In this document: positions 12,132 to 24,112 of the stretch, in pieces | Numbering within the stretch: position 1 is the stretch's first letter | Layout: each line of letters opens with the position of its first letter | Assembly: GCA_951406725.2 (NCBI GenBank) | Contig: OX597834.1 | Coordinates: 44,888,001 to 44,952,000, forward strand | Source of the DNA: Octopus vulgaris | Taxonomy: Eukaryota | Length of the DNA stretch: 64,000 bases | Direction: 5' to 3' | Program-made: the position numbers and the translations under genes | The notes under the pieces: generated by a model | What the model saw: the letters and a program-made list of their open reading frames with translations, nothing else | Told to the model about the DNA's origin: nothing | Databases searched by the model: none

Positions 12132-12691
12132 CGATAGATACATGCATATATATATATGTGTGTGTGCGTGTATATATATATATATATATATGCAAAAACA
12201 CATGCATATTCATGGGTGCATACATATGCAGCAATATATTTGTGCGTGTATATATGCATAGATACATGTATATATATATATATACATTAAAAAACGCGCA
12301 TGCATATACATAGTTGTGCATATAAATGTGCATCCATACGTCTGTGTATGTGTGTGTGTGAATGTGTGTGTGTGTGTATGTGCGTATGCCTATATGTGTG
12401 TTTATAAGTGTGTATAAGCTTCTATATATATGTGTGTGTGAAAATCAATATCAGTGTTTCGCAGTCACATCTGACTATTTTTTTTCCGTTCGGAAATAAT
12501 ATCTGACGGCTTTGTCACAGACCGACGTCTTGTGAATAGACTAAACAAGAAATGTAAAATAGTTTTCAGCTACCATTCTGTCATTCTGTCATTAGACGCC
12601 TTTTCTAGAACTTACCAAACTGGAAATTTCGGCGGAACACCTCTCAATAGACACATGTACCGAAACACGCAAACATCTATGTATCTATCTA

Positions 12692-12804
<113 letters not shown>

Positions 12805-12824
12805 GTCTATTCAGCTCTCGCTCA

Positions 12825-12878
<54 letters not shown>

Positions 12879-13102
12879 GTTAATCTTGTTGCTGGTGTTG
12901 TTGTTGCTTGTTGTACTCGCATCGTCCGTTGCTTTGCTCACGAAAGGGCTTTCATTCTATACATTTTCGAAATTGCTGCTTTTATTTCGAATAACGTTGT
13001 CAAAATGGCGGCCGCTGATTTTCTAAAGATCTTCCAGGAGAGCCTTCTCGGAAAAATTGACCCTGTTTTGCTTTATGTTCTTTTATCAACAAAAAAACCA
13101 GG

Positions 13103-13261
13103 TTTATTTACATTATTTACATTCGACGGATATTTGTACTCATCTTGTTTGTTGTTAACACATTTCGGCTGATATACCCTCAAGCCTTCTTCAGGTGTCT
13201 TCGGGAAATTTCGAACCTGGGTCCTCATTCCTAAGGTATTTTGTCTTTGTTGTTATTGTTG

Positions 13262-13318
<57 letters not shown>

Positions 13319-13422
13319 GTGATCAGGTCACTGCTTGGAATCGAACTCGGAATCTTGGGGTTAGTAGGCTCGCGCTCTTAACCACAACGCCATATACCCG
13401 TGAGCATATGGCGTAGTGGTTA
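13103..13422 (-). mobile_element. tRNA-headed, hammerhead-bearing retroposon (family H2), copy 1
   Basis: On the reverse strand: head TGGCGTTGTGGTTAAGAGCG...GAGTTCGATTCC, then (TAA)n, then ACAC-CTGAAGA-A-GGCT...AGCC-GAAA-TGTGT, then a (TGTAAATAA)-like tail. The same layout occurs at 31591-31853. Confidence 0.75.
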
Positions 13423-13759
13423 TGTCTGCTGTTACATTTTTTAACACTAATTCGTGTGCCACACTTGCACTCTCTCTTATTGACGTTTGATGACACTCCT
13501 CACTCTCTACCACCCTCTCACTTATGAGCATCACCGTGTCTTGTTGTGTCTCCTCCATCTTGGCGGGGAAAACGCAAACGACCATGATTGATAAAAATTT
13601 GATCTGTCCCCGCAAAATGAGTGACAAACCAGGAAAATGAAGTCACCTCCCGACAGCAATGAACATGTTGTCCACGATGGTACAAACTTGAAGGGCGCCA
13701 ATATACATATAATGTATTTTTCTTGACAAAATCCACAAAACGCGGTAAAGCGAGTGCAT

Positions 13760-14057
13760 GGGGTTTCAGAGCTGCTGTACCTTCGTAATCACCATCAGAC
13801 TCATCCAACTATTTCCGAATCCTTTCCACTGTCCTCGGATTGACACCCAAACACTCTGAAATGTTCCTATTGCAGCTTCCAGCGCGAATGCGAAGCATTA
13901 CAGCATGTCGTTTCCAAATTTCTAGCAGAGTGAATTGCATCATCGCGCTGTTTCTTTCTCACAGACGGTACCCAACTGACCCTACTATGTAATAACATGG
14001 AAAGTGCATACGCAAAATTAGAAATATAAAATAGAAATAATTTATCCATCACACTAT
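13760..14057 (-). mobile_element. Tc1/mariner-superfamily transposon 5' end (HTH relic)
   Basis: From 13943 the reverse strand encodes MMQFTLLEIWKRHAVMLRIRAGSCNRNISECLGVNPRTVERIRK*LDESDGDYEGTAALKPH, a paired-like HTH with one stop. A TIR-like end (TAGTGTGATGGATAAATT) abuts a TATC array. Confidence 0.65.
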
Positions 14058-14068
14058 CTATCTATCTC

Positions 14069-14153
<85 letters not shown>

Positions 14154-14225
14154 ATATCTATATATATATCTATCTATCTATCTATCAATCATTCTATCTA
14201 TCTATCTATCGACCGACCTATCTAC

Positions 14226-14267
<42 letters not shown>

Positions 14268-14300
14268 GTCTATCTATCTATCTATCGATCTATCTATCTA
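14056..14300. repeat. (TATC)n microsatellite
   Basis: Seen directly in the sequence. Confidence 0.95.
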
Positions 14301-14739
14301 TTATCACTTACATGTTCTCACTGAATCGTCCAGACAGAAACACAAATACACAAACACACACACACCTACTCACACACAGACACACAGACACACACACAGA
14401 AGCATACACACAGACATATATGTATAGCTATACATACATAAATACGGCGTTACGTGTTAATATTCGTGATTGCCTATCGTAAAAGTTTCGGTTTTGTGTC
14501 TCCAACTGATTAGATATATTAGCAAAGCTTTAGACTTTACTACTTCGTTAGTTAAGGAGGTGCAAGCAATAAGAATTATTTATATATACATATATCATTG
14601 GCAAGGGATTCGGTTAACTTTCTTCACATGTTTAAAATAAAAATTTTTAGTGCGTTCGAATATGAAGACTTTGTTTTTACTGTTATTAGTGACATTTTCA
14701 TACTATTCATAAAAAGCTCAATATTTACAGGGCTTGTCC

Positions 14740-14908
14740 CGTGTCTCGACTGCTTCGACCCAAGTGCTTAACTGGTACTTGTTTTATCGTGCCATAAAAG
14801 AAGAAGGACAAAGTCGACCATGGCGAAATATGAACTCAGAATGTAAAGGTGGAGAAAACACCTCTAATCTTTTTGTACAGCGTCATCAATGATTCGGGTC
14901 TGCGCCAC
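14740..14908 (-). mobile_element. Family A SINE, diverged
   Basis: TCGACCCAAGTGCTTAACTGGTACTTG...CAAAGTCGACCATGGCGAAATATGAACTCAGAA. Confidence 0.75.
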
Positions 14909-15004
14909 ATTTTACGTAATAATGTAAATGTCACTTTTGCAAACTGAGGCATATGTCCACTGTTGGCTTTCTTGGAATTTGTATCACACAAACACACATA
15001 CAGG

Positions 15005-15048
<44 letters not shown>

Positions 15049-15502
15049 CACACACACAAATATACATATATATCAACAAATTTTCCGTAATGAAATAAAA
15101 CCAAGGCCATGTAGATTTTAGAACATTTATAAATAAAAAGGTCTTACAGCTGTTTCCAGGATATTTATTATATCCCTTCATTGGAGACGGTGTGAGAAGT
15201 TGTTTAAATAATAATTAATTTAGATAATATACGAAATAGAGTGAGGTGGAGGAATGAAAATAGATGTGAGACATGCTGGGATATTGTATTTGAAGATCCA
15301 TTATTTAGGCAAAATTGTATATATATAAGATTCCAATACCTTATGAGTAAAATCTAATAGTATTTAAAATTGGTCATTCTAAGTAAAGAATTTATGCAAA
15401 GTGCTATTGCCATACATACATTTGTATTCATGTAAGATCAGTGAAAAAGAGGATGCCTACCTGAATTACCTTTCATTATTGATTAATAATTTTTACCTTT
15501 AG

Positions 15503-15526
15503 GTTTTTTATGCATGCTAGCCACAG
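15503..15526 (+). other. Candidate 24-nt frame-preserving microexon
   Basis: TTAATAATTTTTACCTTTAG|GTTTTTTATGCATGCTAGCCACAG|GTAAGT has an acceptor and a perfect consensus donor. It is open in phase 1 (GFLCMLAT) and in phase 2. Confidence 0.3.
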
Positions 15527-16399
15527 GTAAGTCTGATTATTTCATTTACGATTATTTTCGTCAGTGGTACGGGGTCTTAAAGTTTTGCTCGTTTCCCCGA
15601 CTTCACAATTGCGCATTAGTGAAAACTGTGGTTATGAGCCCTTTTAGACTGCTATATTTAGTACACACACACACATTAATAAATAAGGGTAATAAGAAGC
15701 AGTAGCGGCATGTAAAATGTAGCAGTAAACATGATTACACCTCAAATTTTCACTTAAACAGAGAGGTGAAAGCCGACAAAGGAATAAAAAACCGAAAACG
15801 CCGTACCATTAATGAAAATAATCGAAAAATTCAAAAGCCATACATACCGTAAAGCCAGAGGTATAGAAGAGTTCATTCACCTCAATAATGTGTACGACGA
15901 CCGCTTTTAATGCCACAGCAAATTAAAAAAGAGTCATCGATGAGAAAAATTTTTATTTAAATGTATTGCATTACTATTTTCATATATATTTATATATATA
16001 TATAAATGTGTGTGTGTTGTTGTTACTTTTCTATAAGTGCATTACACACACACATACACTCCAACGCATGAAACGCGCATTCACATAATGTACGCACGAG
16101 ATTACTTATACACGTACACACACAGAGAGGTCCAATATATACTGACGCAATGCCCGACCCCATCACATATACACTTTCACGCACAGCATGCTCAACTACA
16201 CATGCGCACTTCCACACCTTAGCTTCGTTCGGTTCACCGTTATTATCTCACCTTGATTTTTCCTTTTTTTCTTCCGGCCATTTCATCACGTGGAATGTTT
16301 AACCTTAAATCCTAAATCCTTAAAAATGCTTCAGCCCGAAGGCCGCGGCCATGCTGGGGCACCACCGCTGGACACAACCTGTACACAATTTTTTTCTTT

Positions 16400-16566
16400 T
16401 TTCCATTATCTTTTTCATTCTTTTTCCGTTTTTTCTCTTGATCCTTTCTGTGGAGGAGCGTAAGCTCGAAACGTCAAGTACTTTCCCATTCTTCCCGAGT
16501 AAACTAATACAACTGCTCGTTGTTCCTTCATCTGTCTTCACCCTTGTTTTTCTGTAAATTTGAACT

Positions 16567-16568
<2 letters not shown>
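16400..16568 (+). mobile_element. Short repeat with degenerate hammerhead-like motif (family H3)
   Basis: CTTT-CTGTGGA-G-GAGC-GTAA-GCTC-GAAACGTC-AAG at 16444-16478. A SINE 3' stub (GGCCATGCTGGGGCACC) precedes it at 16322-16366. Confidence 0.5.
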
Positions 16569-16608
<40 letters not shown>

Positions 16609-17234
16609 ACACACACTCACATTCATTCATATATTTATCCATCCATCCATACATACATAAAAACAGATACGATTTCCCTAGTCACACATAGAAACGGCCC
16701 TCCACACACACATACACGCATACAAGCATTTATCTATTTACATGTGTGAGTGTGCGCCTGTGTCAATACGTCTATTTTCGTATGTATGCATTTGTCATAA
16801 AGCGTGCGAGATTGAAAGATAGAGAAGTAATTACGAGAGGACCTGATGCAAATAGGACATCCTGAAATTCATCACGTCTTAAGAACAGGAATTGTTGCGA
16901 TAAATTGAGAATATAAACTTCCTTATTATTACCATTATTGTCATTATTGTAATTATTAATACGATTGGCACAATGCCAAGCGCGGAAGATGTTATCAATC
17001 GCTGAGTATGACTACCATAGCGACGACGACGAAGACGTTAATGATAATGATGAAACGATAATTTACACAGCCATAATAACAGCCTCGTTTTCAGCTTTTC
17101 TAGCTTGGAAATGTAAAGATATATAATTATGGTAATGGCAGATATTTTGTACGACTTATTACCAAGTCTGTCACGTGGCATCTTAATAGTTTCTAATTTA
17201 GTCACAAGACCAGCAATTTTGATATATAGCGCAG

Positions 17235-17600
17235 CAGTGGCTGTGTGGTAAGTAGCTTGCTTACCAGCCACATGGTTCCGGGTTCATTCCCACTCCGTGG
17301 CACCTTGGGCAAGTGTCTTCTACTATAGTCTCGGGCCGACTAAAACCTTGTGAGTTGATTTGGTAGACGGAAACTGAAATAGCCCGTCGCATATAAGTAT
17401 ACATATATATGTATGTGTGTGTATATGTTTGTGTGCCAGTATTTGTCCCCCCCCCAACATCGCTTGACAACCGATGGTGGTGTGTTTACGTCCCCGTAAC
17501 CTAGCGGTTCGGCAAAATAGACTTACAAAGGTTTACACAGAATACCACCAGGGATCAATTTGCTCGACTAAAGGCAGTTCTCCAGCATGGCCGCAGTCCA
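17235..17600 (+). mobile_element. Family B SINE, near full length
   Basis: GTGGCTGTGTGGTAAGTAGCTTGCTT...GGCACCTTGGGCAAGTGTCTTCTACTATAG...CTCCAGCATGGCCGCAGTC. Confidence 0.9.
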
Positions 17601-17644
17601 AGCGTCCTAGTGTATAGTTCTGCAAATTATTTTTGTATCGACGG

Positions 17645-17692
17645 TCACACCGAGGATCTACGTAATGTGTTAATAGTGAAACATGTATGTGA
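17645..17692 (+). ncRNA. Minimal type I hammerhead ribozyme-like motif (U4>C variant, family H4)
   Basis: TCACA-CCGAGGA-TCTA...TAGT-GAAA-CATG-TA-TGTGA, with a 5-bp stem I (TCACA/TGTGA), palindromic stem III ACATGT and a GUA cleavage triplet. Confidence 0.55.
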
Positions 17693-18829
17693 ATTATGTG
17701 TGTTTGTTACTTTTCATTTGTCAGGCTCGCTTACATTCTGGTGTTTGCTAGATTTTCTTGAGAACATTTCTTAGTAGTAAAACCATAGCGGATCTGCTTC
17801 TAGCATAAGGGCTGTCCATTTATTTCGAGGACGCTTTCTTCATTTTAACACATTAGACTCAGAGGTCGTATAACGAGTCACGGGCATTGTTTTTCGTCCA
17901 TATTAGGAGGCAAAAAAGAAGAGAAGCATCAATTTTTGATGCACCACTCTGAACTTTTATTCTCTGTGCAATCACATACCAATCCCAATCCCAAAATCTT
18001 CTCATCTGCTACTAATATGAATAAAATATTTTCGTTTTTCGGCATCAAATTGTCTGTGCATCAAATTGTCTGTGCATGAAAGGGTATGTATGTGTCTTCG
18101 TGTATGCATGCGTTCGTTCGCGTGCACGTGTGTGGCTACGGCTTGCTGTGCGTATGCACGCCTGTGTGAGTGTATGTGTTTGTAAGTGAGTTTATTTTGG
18201 GTTATATTTGTGTATGTGTGTACGTGCATATATGAGGGTGCGTGCGACAATGTGTGTGAGCATACTTTCGCATTTATGCGTGCATGTGTGCGTGCATCCT
18301 TGTTCATGCGTTTGTGTCTTTGAGTGTAAATTTTATAACACTTCTTATTGCTAAAAGCGTTTCTATACCTGGTTTCTCTTCATCAGAAATATCTTCTTCA
18401 TACAAAACATGCTTGACACGTTCAGAAAATTTTTTTCTATTTTCACGTTTCCTGTTTTCCATGGCTTTGTTCGTTTTAGTTTTACTATATGAAGGCGTTG
18501 CTTCCATCTATAGTCGCCATTTTGTGTTAAATATATAAGAAAAACAAACGTTAGACGAAAAGTGTTCGACGATACATTTTTTTTTCCAATAAACAGGAAG
18601 AAAATATAAATGTTATTAAAAGCAGACACTCATTTCTCTTTGCGAGAAGTCCACGTGACATGACAAATTGTTGAAAAATTCTACAAAACGTACATCAAAA
18701 TAGTGAAGCGACAGATAAAATATCGAAGTAGCCAAGGAGCAGCAACAAACATAAAGAGAAGAAAAAAACGAACATCAACAACAACAACAAAAAGAATAGT
18801 AATAATGTTAATGACGTTGATGATGATAC

Positions 18830-19135
<306 letters not shown>

Positions 19136-19139
19136 TACA

Positions 19140-19300
19140 GGTTTCTTAAACATTCTCTAGAACAACACTATGTACAAAACCAAATGTATGGCACCCTAGG
19201 CATAACACCAACATGAAATTCCAACTTGTTGTCTCTTAAGGTCTCTGGGTGAGACTTGGAGCCAACTTGTACAAATGTAAAGCAAAAATCAAACATAAAA
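19140..19300 (+). mobile_element. 5'-truncated retroelement 3' stub in TAA array, copy 1
   Basis: ATGGCACCCTAGGCATAACA...GTCTCTGGGTGAGACTTG...GCCAACTT recurs at 19436-19520. Both copies run directly into (TAA)n. Confidence 0.65.
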
Positions 19301-19304
19301 TAAC

Positions 19305-19351
<47 letters not shown>

Positions 19352-19435
19352 GTAGTGCTCATGAATAATAATAATAATAATAATAATTTTCGGTTTAAAA
19401 AAAAAAAAAAAAAAAAAAAACTAATAATAATAATA

Positions 19436-19535
19436 ATGGCACACTAGGCATAACAACAACATGAACTTCCAACCCTGTTGTCTCTGGGTCTCTGGGTGAG
19501 ACTTGAGCCAACTTTACAAATAAGAAATAATAGAA
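19436..19535 (+). mobile_element. 5'-truncated retroelement 3' stub in TAA array, copy 2
   Basis: Homologous to 19188-19275 and flanked by TAA repeats on both sides. Confidence 0.65.
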
Positions 19536-19641
19536 TAATAATAATAATAATAAAAATTATGATGATGATAATAATAATAATAATGATAATAATGATGATG
19601 ATGATGATGATAATAATAATAATGATAATAATAATAATAAT

Positions 19642-20243
19642 AAGGAATATATTCACAGACACGACAGAGTTGGGACCTATATACACTGGAAACTATGCCA
19701 ACATTATGAAATAACAACAGAAAAAAGATGGTATAGGCACACACCAGAAAATGTCACAGAAAACGAGAAAGCAACCATACTCTGGGATATGCCAATACAC
19801 ACAGATAGAGAAATTAAGGCCAACAGACCAGATATAGTTGCCAGAGATCATGAAGAAAGAAAACGTTTCCTTATTTATGTATCAATACCAGCGGATAACA
19901 ACGTGTATCTAAAAGAAATGGAGAAACTTTCAAAATACAAAGACCTGGAAATAGAGGTAACCAGAATGTTGAATCTAAAAATAGAAACAATTCCTATCAT
20001 AATAGGTGCATTAGGCATGATAGAAAATATTCAGACAAATACATAACAAAAACACCAGGACTTACAAACACATATAACATACAGAAAATTGCACTACTAG
20101 GCACTGCACACATCCTACGCAGAACGCTTTCCATACAATAACCATCAGAGCATCACAACAAATCACAGCACATACCCAAGGTACACAGAGCTGCGCTCGG
20201 TAGTGAATTGAAAGCACGCTATAAAAACTATACTACTGAATAA
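19642..20243 (+). mobile_element. Non-LTR retrotransposon 3' end with restriction-like endonuclease (R4/Dong-type), pseudogenised
   Basis: KEYIHRHDRVGTYIHWKLC...WYRHTP...ILWDMPIHTDREIKANRPDIV...VSIP...KEMEKLSKYKDL...IPIIIGALG, then a frameshift to IQKIALLGTAHILRRTLSIQ* (stop at 20139-20141). A short 3' UTR follows, then (CAA/TAA)n. RHD, RPD and KY motifs are typical of RLE non-LTR elements. Confidence 0.9.
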
Positions 20244-20253
20244 CAACAACAAC

Positions 20254-20294
<41 letters not shown>

Positions 20295-20367
20295 GAATAA
20301 TAATAATAATAATGATATGATGATGATGATGATGATGATAATAATAATAATAATAGTAATAATAATG

Positions 20368-20404
<37 letters not shown>

Positions 20405-21105
20405 CGATAATCATCAATAATAAGAAGAAATTACAGTTATTTTTTTCAGTTTGCAGTGTAAGTCCTTATCTATTTTTCCTATTAATTATGATGTAGACGT
20501 ACGTGATAAAAAGTTTGAATATGAACATAAACTCACAGACACACATAGTCTCATCCAGAAACACACACAGACAAACACACACATACGCACGTTGGTATAC
20601 ATAGACATACACAAAAAGTCTACATATGCTAACGTCTTTGTTCGTTCGAAGCTAATGCTTTGTACTGTTACCATACGGAGTTTCCCCATAGGAAGCTCTT
20701 GAAGTGTGTACTGTCATCATTGTATTAATAAAGTCACACAAGCAAGGACCGTGATATCATTGTTTGAAAAGCAGAGTCCATTGTAATGCTAAATAACACG
20801 TGACAGAGTAATGTTACTATTGTATTTTATTCTTGACGGTGTTGGTAGCATCGTCATTGTTTATAGAAAAAATAAGCCCGAATTATAAAAAAAAATATGA
20901 ATGCAAAAACAGGCATAAAATGTGCAGATAAGAAGCTAGCATTGAAACCTTGTTCTTTCGGTTTCAGTCCCATTACAGGGCATTTTCAACGACTGACTTC
21001 TACAATACCTTTAACCATACAGTATATCGTGGGTGAATGTGAGAAAAACTATGTGGAGCGCCAAACACAGACATAAAAACACTCACACAAATAAATAAAT
21101 AAATA

Positions 21106-21155
<50 letters not shown>

Positions 21156-21605
21156 CGTTCGTAATACTTTTTTTCGTTCGGCTTAACAGCCCTTCTTGTC
21201 TTGTTATTTTCCTTGTCCTGTCTTTTACTGCTTATATTTTGTACTGTCGTTACTGTCCTGTTTTTGTTACCATTTTTACCCCTCTGCAAAAAGATCTCAA
21301 ATTTTATTTGATTTGCTTTTCGCAGGAATGAAAGTTTCTATCGAAGATGTGTCTCGCCTTCACCTTCGAAACGCAGAGTAGATGAAACCATGGCGACTGA
21401 AGAAGGGTTTTTTCCTTGTGTTATTTGTCCTGTACTCTATTTTTTTTTTAAGAAAAATGTCCAGTTCCTTGGGTTTGTGTCTATGTTTTCGTTTCTCATT
21501 GTGTTCGACATTTTTTTGGTGTCCTGTACTGATATATGCGTGTATATATACATGTAGAGGTAGGTACGTACATATATGTATATATATATGCATATGTTTT
21601 ATTTA

Positions 21606-21640
<35 letters not shown>

Positions 21641-21744
21641 CTATTTTCTTTCTATTTCCGGCTACCAGATCTACCCTCGTGACTTTGGTCTGGCCGCGGC
21701 TGGAGTAGAATACTGTTGTTCAGGTGGCCTCGCAGTAGGAATAA

Positions 21745-22763
21745 AATAAAATGTTTTGTTAAACTTGGCGTAAACGCTACTGAAATTGACGAAATTGCTC
21801 CAGACTGCTTACGGACAAATTTGAAGGAGTGAAGTATCTGTCTTCATCTGGTACAAGAGACCAAACATTGTAAGTCCACCGAGCTCACGATGGTCCCTTT
21901 TTCGACAACAAGGGCAACGTCTAGATATACAGGGTTTCATCTGAGCAGATCTTCAACAACAAAAATTTCGTGTGTTTTTTTAGTAATTCTGGAAGTGTTT
22001 TGTTGCTAAATGCCAGAGTGCCTGCACCATTTTAGAATTCTATTCTGGTAGGCAACTACCTAAGAGGAGTGGCTGTGGGCTAAGTAGCTTGCTTACTGAT
22101 CACATTGATCCGGGTTCAGTCCCATTGTGTGACATCTTGGACAAGTGTCTTCTACTATAGCCTCGGGGCGACCAAAGCCTTGTGAGTGGATTTGGTAGAC
22201 GGAAACTGAAAGAAGCCCGTCGTATATAAGCATATGTATATATATATATACATGTGTGTGTGTGTGTGTGCATATGTTTGTGTCTGTTTGTACCCCCAAC
22301 ATCGCTCGTCAAACGATGCTGGTATGTTTAGGTCCCCGTAACTTAGCCTTTCGGCATAAGACCCGATAGAATAAGTACTAGGGTTACTAAAAATAAGTCC
22401 TGGGGTGATTTGATACGACTAAAGGCGGCGCTCCAGCATGGCCGCAGTCAAATGACTGAAACAAGTAAAAGAATAAATAGAATATAAAAGGAATAAGAAC
22501 ATTCATTCACCTTTCCTAAAAGCTCAGATTTTGTTCCCTGTGACTTTTGGTTGATCTGCAAGTCAAAAGGGGTTATGACAAGAGTAATGGACACCTTCAA
22601 TTTGAAAGGACTTGCTCGGGGCCATCTTGAAGAGGCTTCAGCGTAGCAGCAAGTGCATTGAAGACAGAGTGTCCTACTTGCAAGATTACAGTGTCGTATC
22701 TTTTCGAAATTAATAAGTATCTCGCCTAAAAAACTCTCTCTCAACCTTCTGAAATACACCTCG
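21745..22763 (+). mobile_element. Internally deleted mariner (DD34D-type) relic with a nested SINE
   Basis: Fragments CFVKLGVNATE..LLQTAYG..SVFIWYKR, MVPFFDNKG and PKSSDFVPCDFWLICKSKG (like YSPDLAPCDF). The 3' terminus is ...GAAATACACCTCG|TA. Confidence 0.72.
22065..22480 (+). mobile_element. Family B SINE, full length, inserted in the mariner relic
   Basis: GGAGTGGCTGTG...GGATTTGGTAGACGGAAACTGAAAGAAGCCCGTCG...GGCCGCAGTCAAATGACTGAAACAAGTAAAAG. Confidence 0.9.
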
Positions 22764-22840
22764 TACACACACAGACAAACACACGTACGCGCACACAAAT
22801 ACACACATGCATGAACACACATACATATCCACACACACAC

Positions 22841-22893
<53 letters not shown>

Positions 22894-22989
22894 ATCTATA
22901 TATACATGCAAGTATGTATATATGTATATGTATACATACGTATATACATACAAATATATTTATTTAGAAATATATGTATGCACACACAC

Positions 22990-23032
<43 letters not shown>

Positions 23033-23038
23033 CATACA

Positions 23039-23072
<34 letters not shown>

Positions 23073-23547
23073 ATTGCATGCATATACATACAGATACATA
23101 CATGCCCCAAATAACTAGCTACAAATAATTGCCAATATATGTTAATCGAGTTACAAGACAGAACGCGGCGCGCGGACATTTAGCCATATTTCAATATAAT
23201 GACGTGTCACGAGACAAAGATATTAAGTGTAGAGGAAATGTTATAGATTTTGAGACTAATTCGACATGACTGAATAGCTCTTTAGAGTGAGATATTTTAA
23301 TTGAATTGTTACCGAAAATTAATGATGAATATGCTATTATATTTCAGTGTTCTTAGAAATTAGTTATGCACCAACTGTAGTAAATATCTTCTCTATTTTC
23401 ATACAAAGTATTATGGACGCAGAAACGCATATATATATATCAATATCTATCTACGTATCAATCTATCTATCTATATATCTATATATATACATTTATCTAT
23501 ACATACTTACATATATGTATATATATATATACATATATATATATATT

Positions 23548-23611
<64 letters not shown>

Positions 23612-23660
23612 AACACACACACCAGAGTATGCACATAAATGCGAAAAGGAAGAATACTAA

Positions 23661-23827
23661 ACTTTATTATAAAACAGCAAAAATATCACAAAACCTATTA
23701 CTCAGAGTTTCACGAGCCCGTTCGTCGGACAGTTTCGTTAAGATTCTACACAAAACTATCCGAGGTACCGGAAATTAAAACTCTGAGTAACAGTTCTTTT
23801 GATATTCATACTGCTTTTTAATAAAGT
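23661..23827. mobile_element. Inverted pair of PLE pLTR-like ends (family H5)
   Basis: 23661-23710 and 23778-23827 are diverged inverted copies sharing TTACTCAGAGTTT/AAACTCTGAGTAA. The left copy carries a hammerhead on the minus strand. Confidence 0.6.
23695..23732 (-). ncRNA. Type I hammerhead ribozyme motif (U4>C variant)
   Basis: The reverse strand reads CTGT-CCGACGA-ACG-GGCT-CGT-GAAA-CTC-T-GAG-TA-ATAG. Stems I, II and III can all pair, and the cleavage triplet is GUA. Confidence 0.65.
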
Positions 23828-23853
23828 ATATATATATATATATATGTTTTTCC

Positions 23854-24112
23854 CCTCTATGTTTAGCCCCTTGTGGGTAATAAAGAAACAGATATAAACT
23901 GTCTAACTTTTTCTTAGCACTTCAATATCCATGTAAAATATAGGAGGGTATTCTGTCACAGCTTCTATCTACTTCGATATTACATATAGCATACATGTAT
24001 ATATATATGTATATATATATACATATATTTTACACGGATATTGAAGTGCTAAGAAAAAGTTAGACAGTTTATATCTGTTTCTTTATTACCCACAAGGGGC
24101 TAAACATAGAGG
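23854..24112. repeat. 89-bp inverted repeat with 81-bp spacer
   Basis: 23854-23942 is the reverse complement of 24024-24112 with one mismatch. Confidence 0.92.

Noticed and set aside
20450-20457. AG...GTAAGT bracketing 8 nt
   Set aside because: Not frame-preserving, and the acceptor context derives from adjacent repeats.
21335-21382. TCGAAGA...GAAACGC hammerhead-like fragment
   Set aside because: The core is wrong at two positions, and stems II and III cannot be drawn convincingly.
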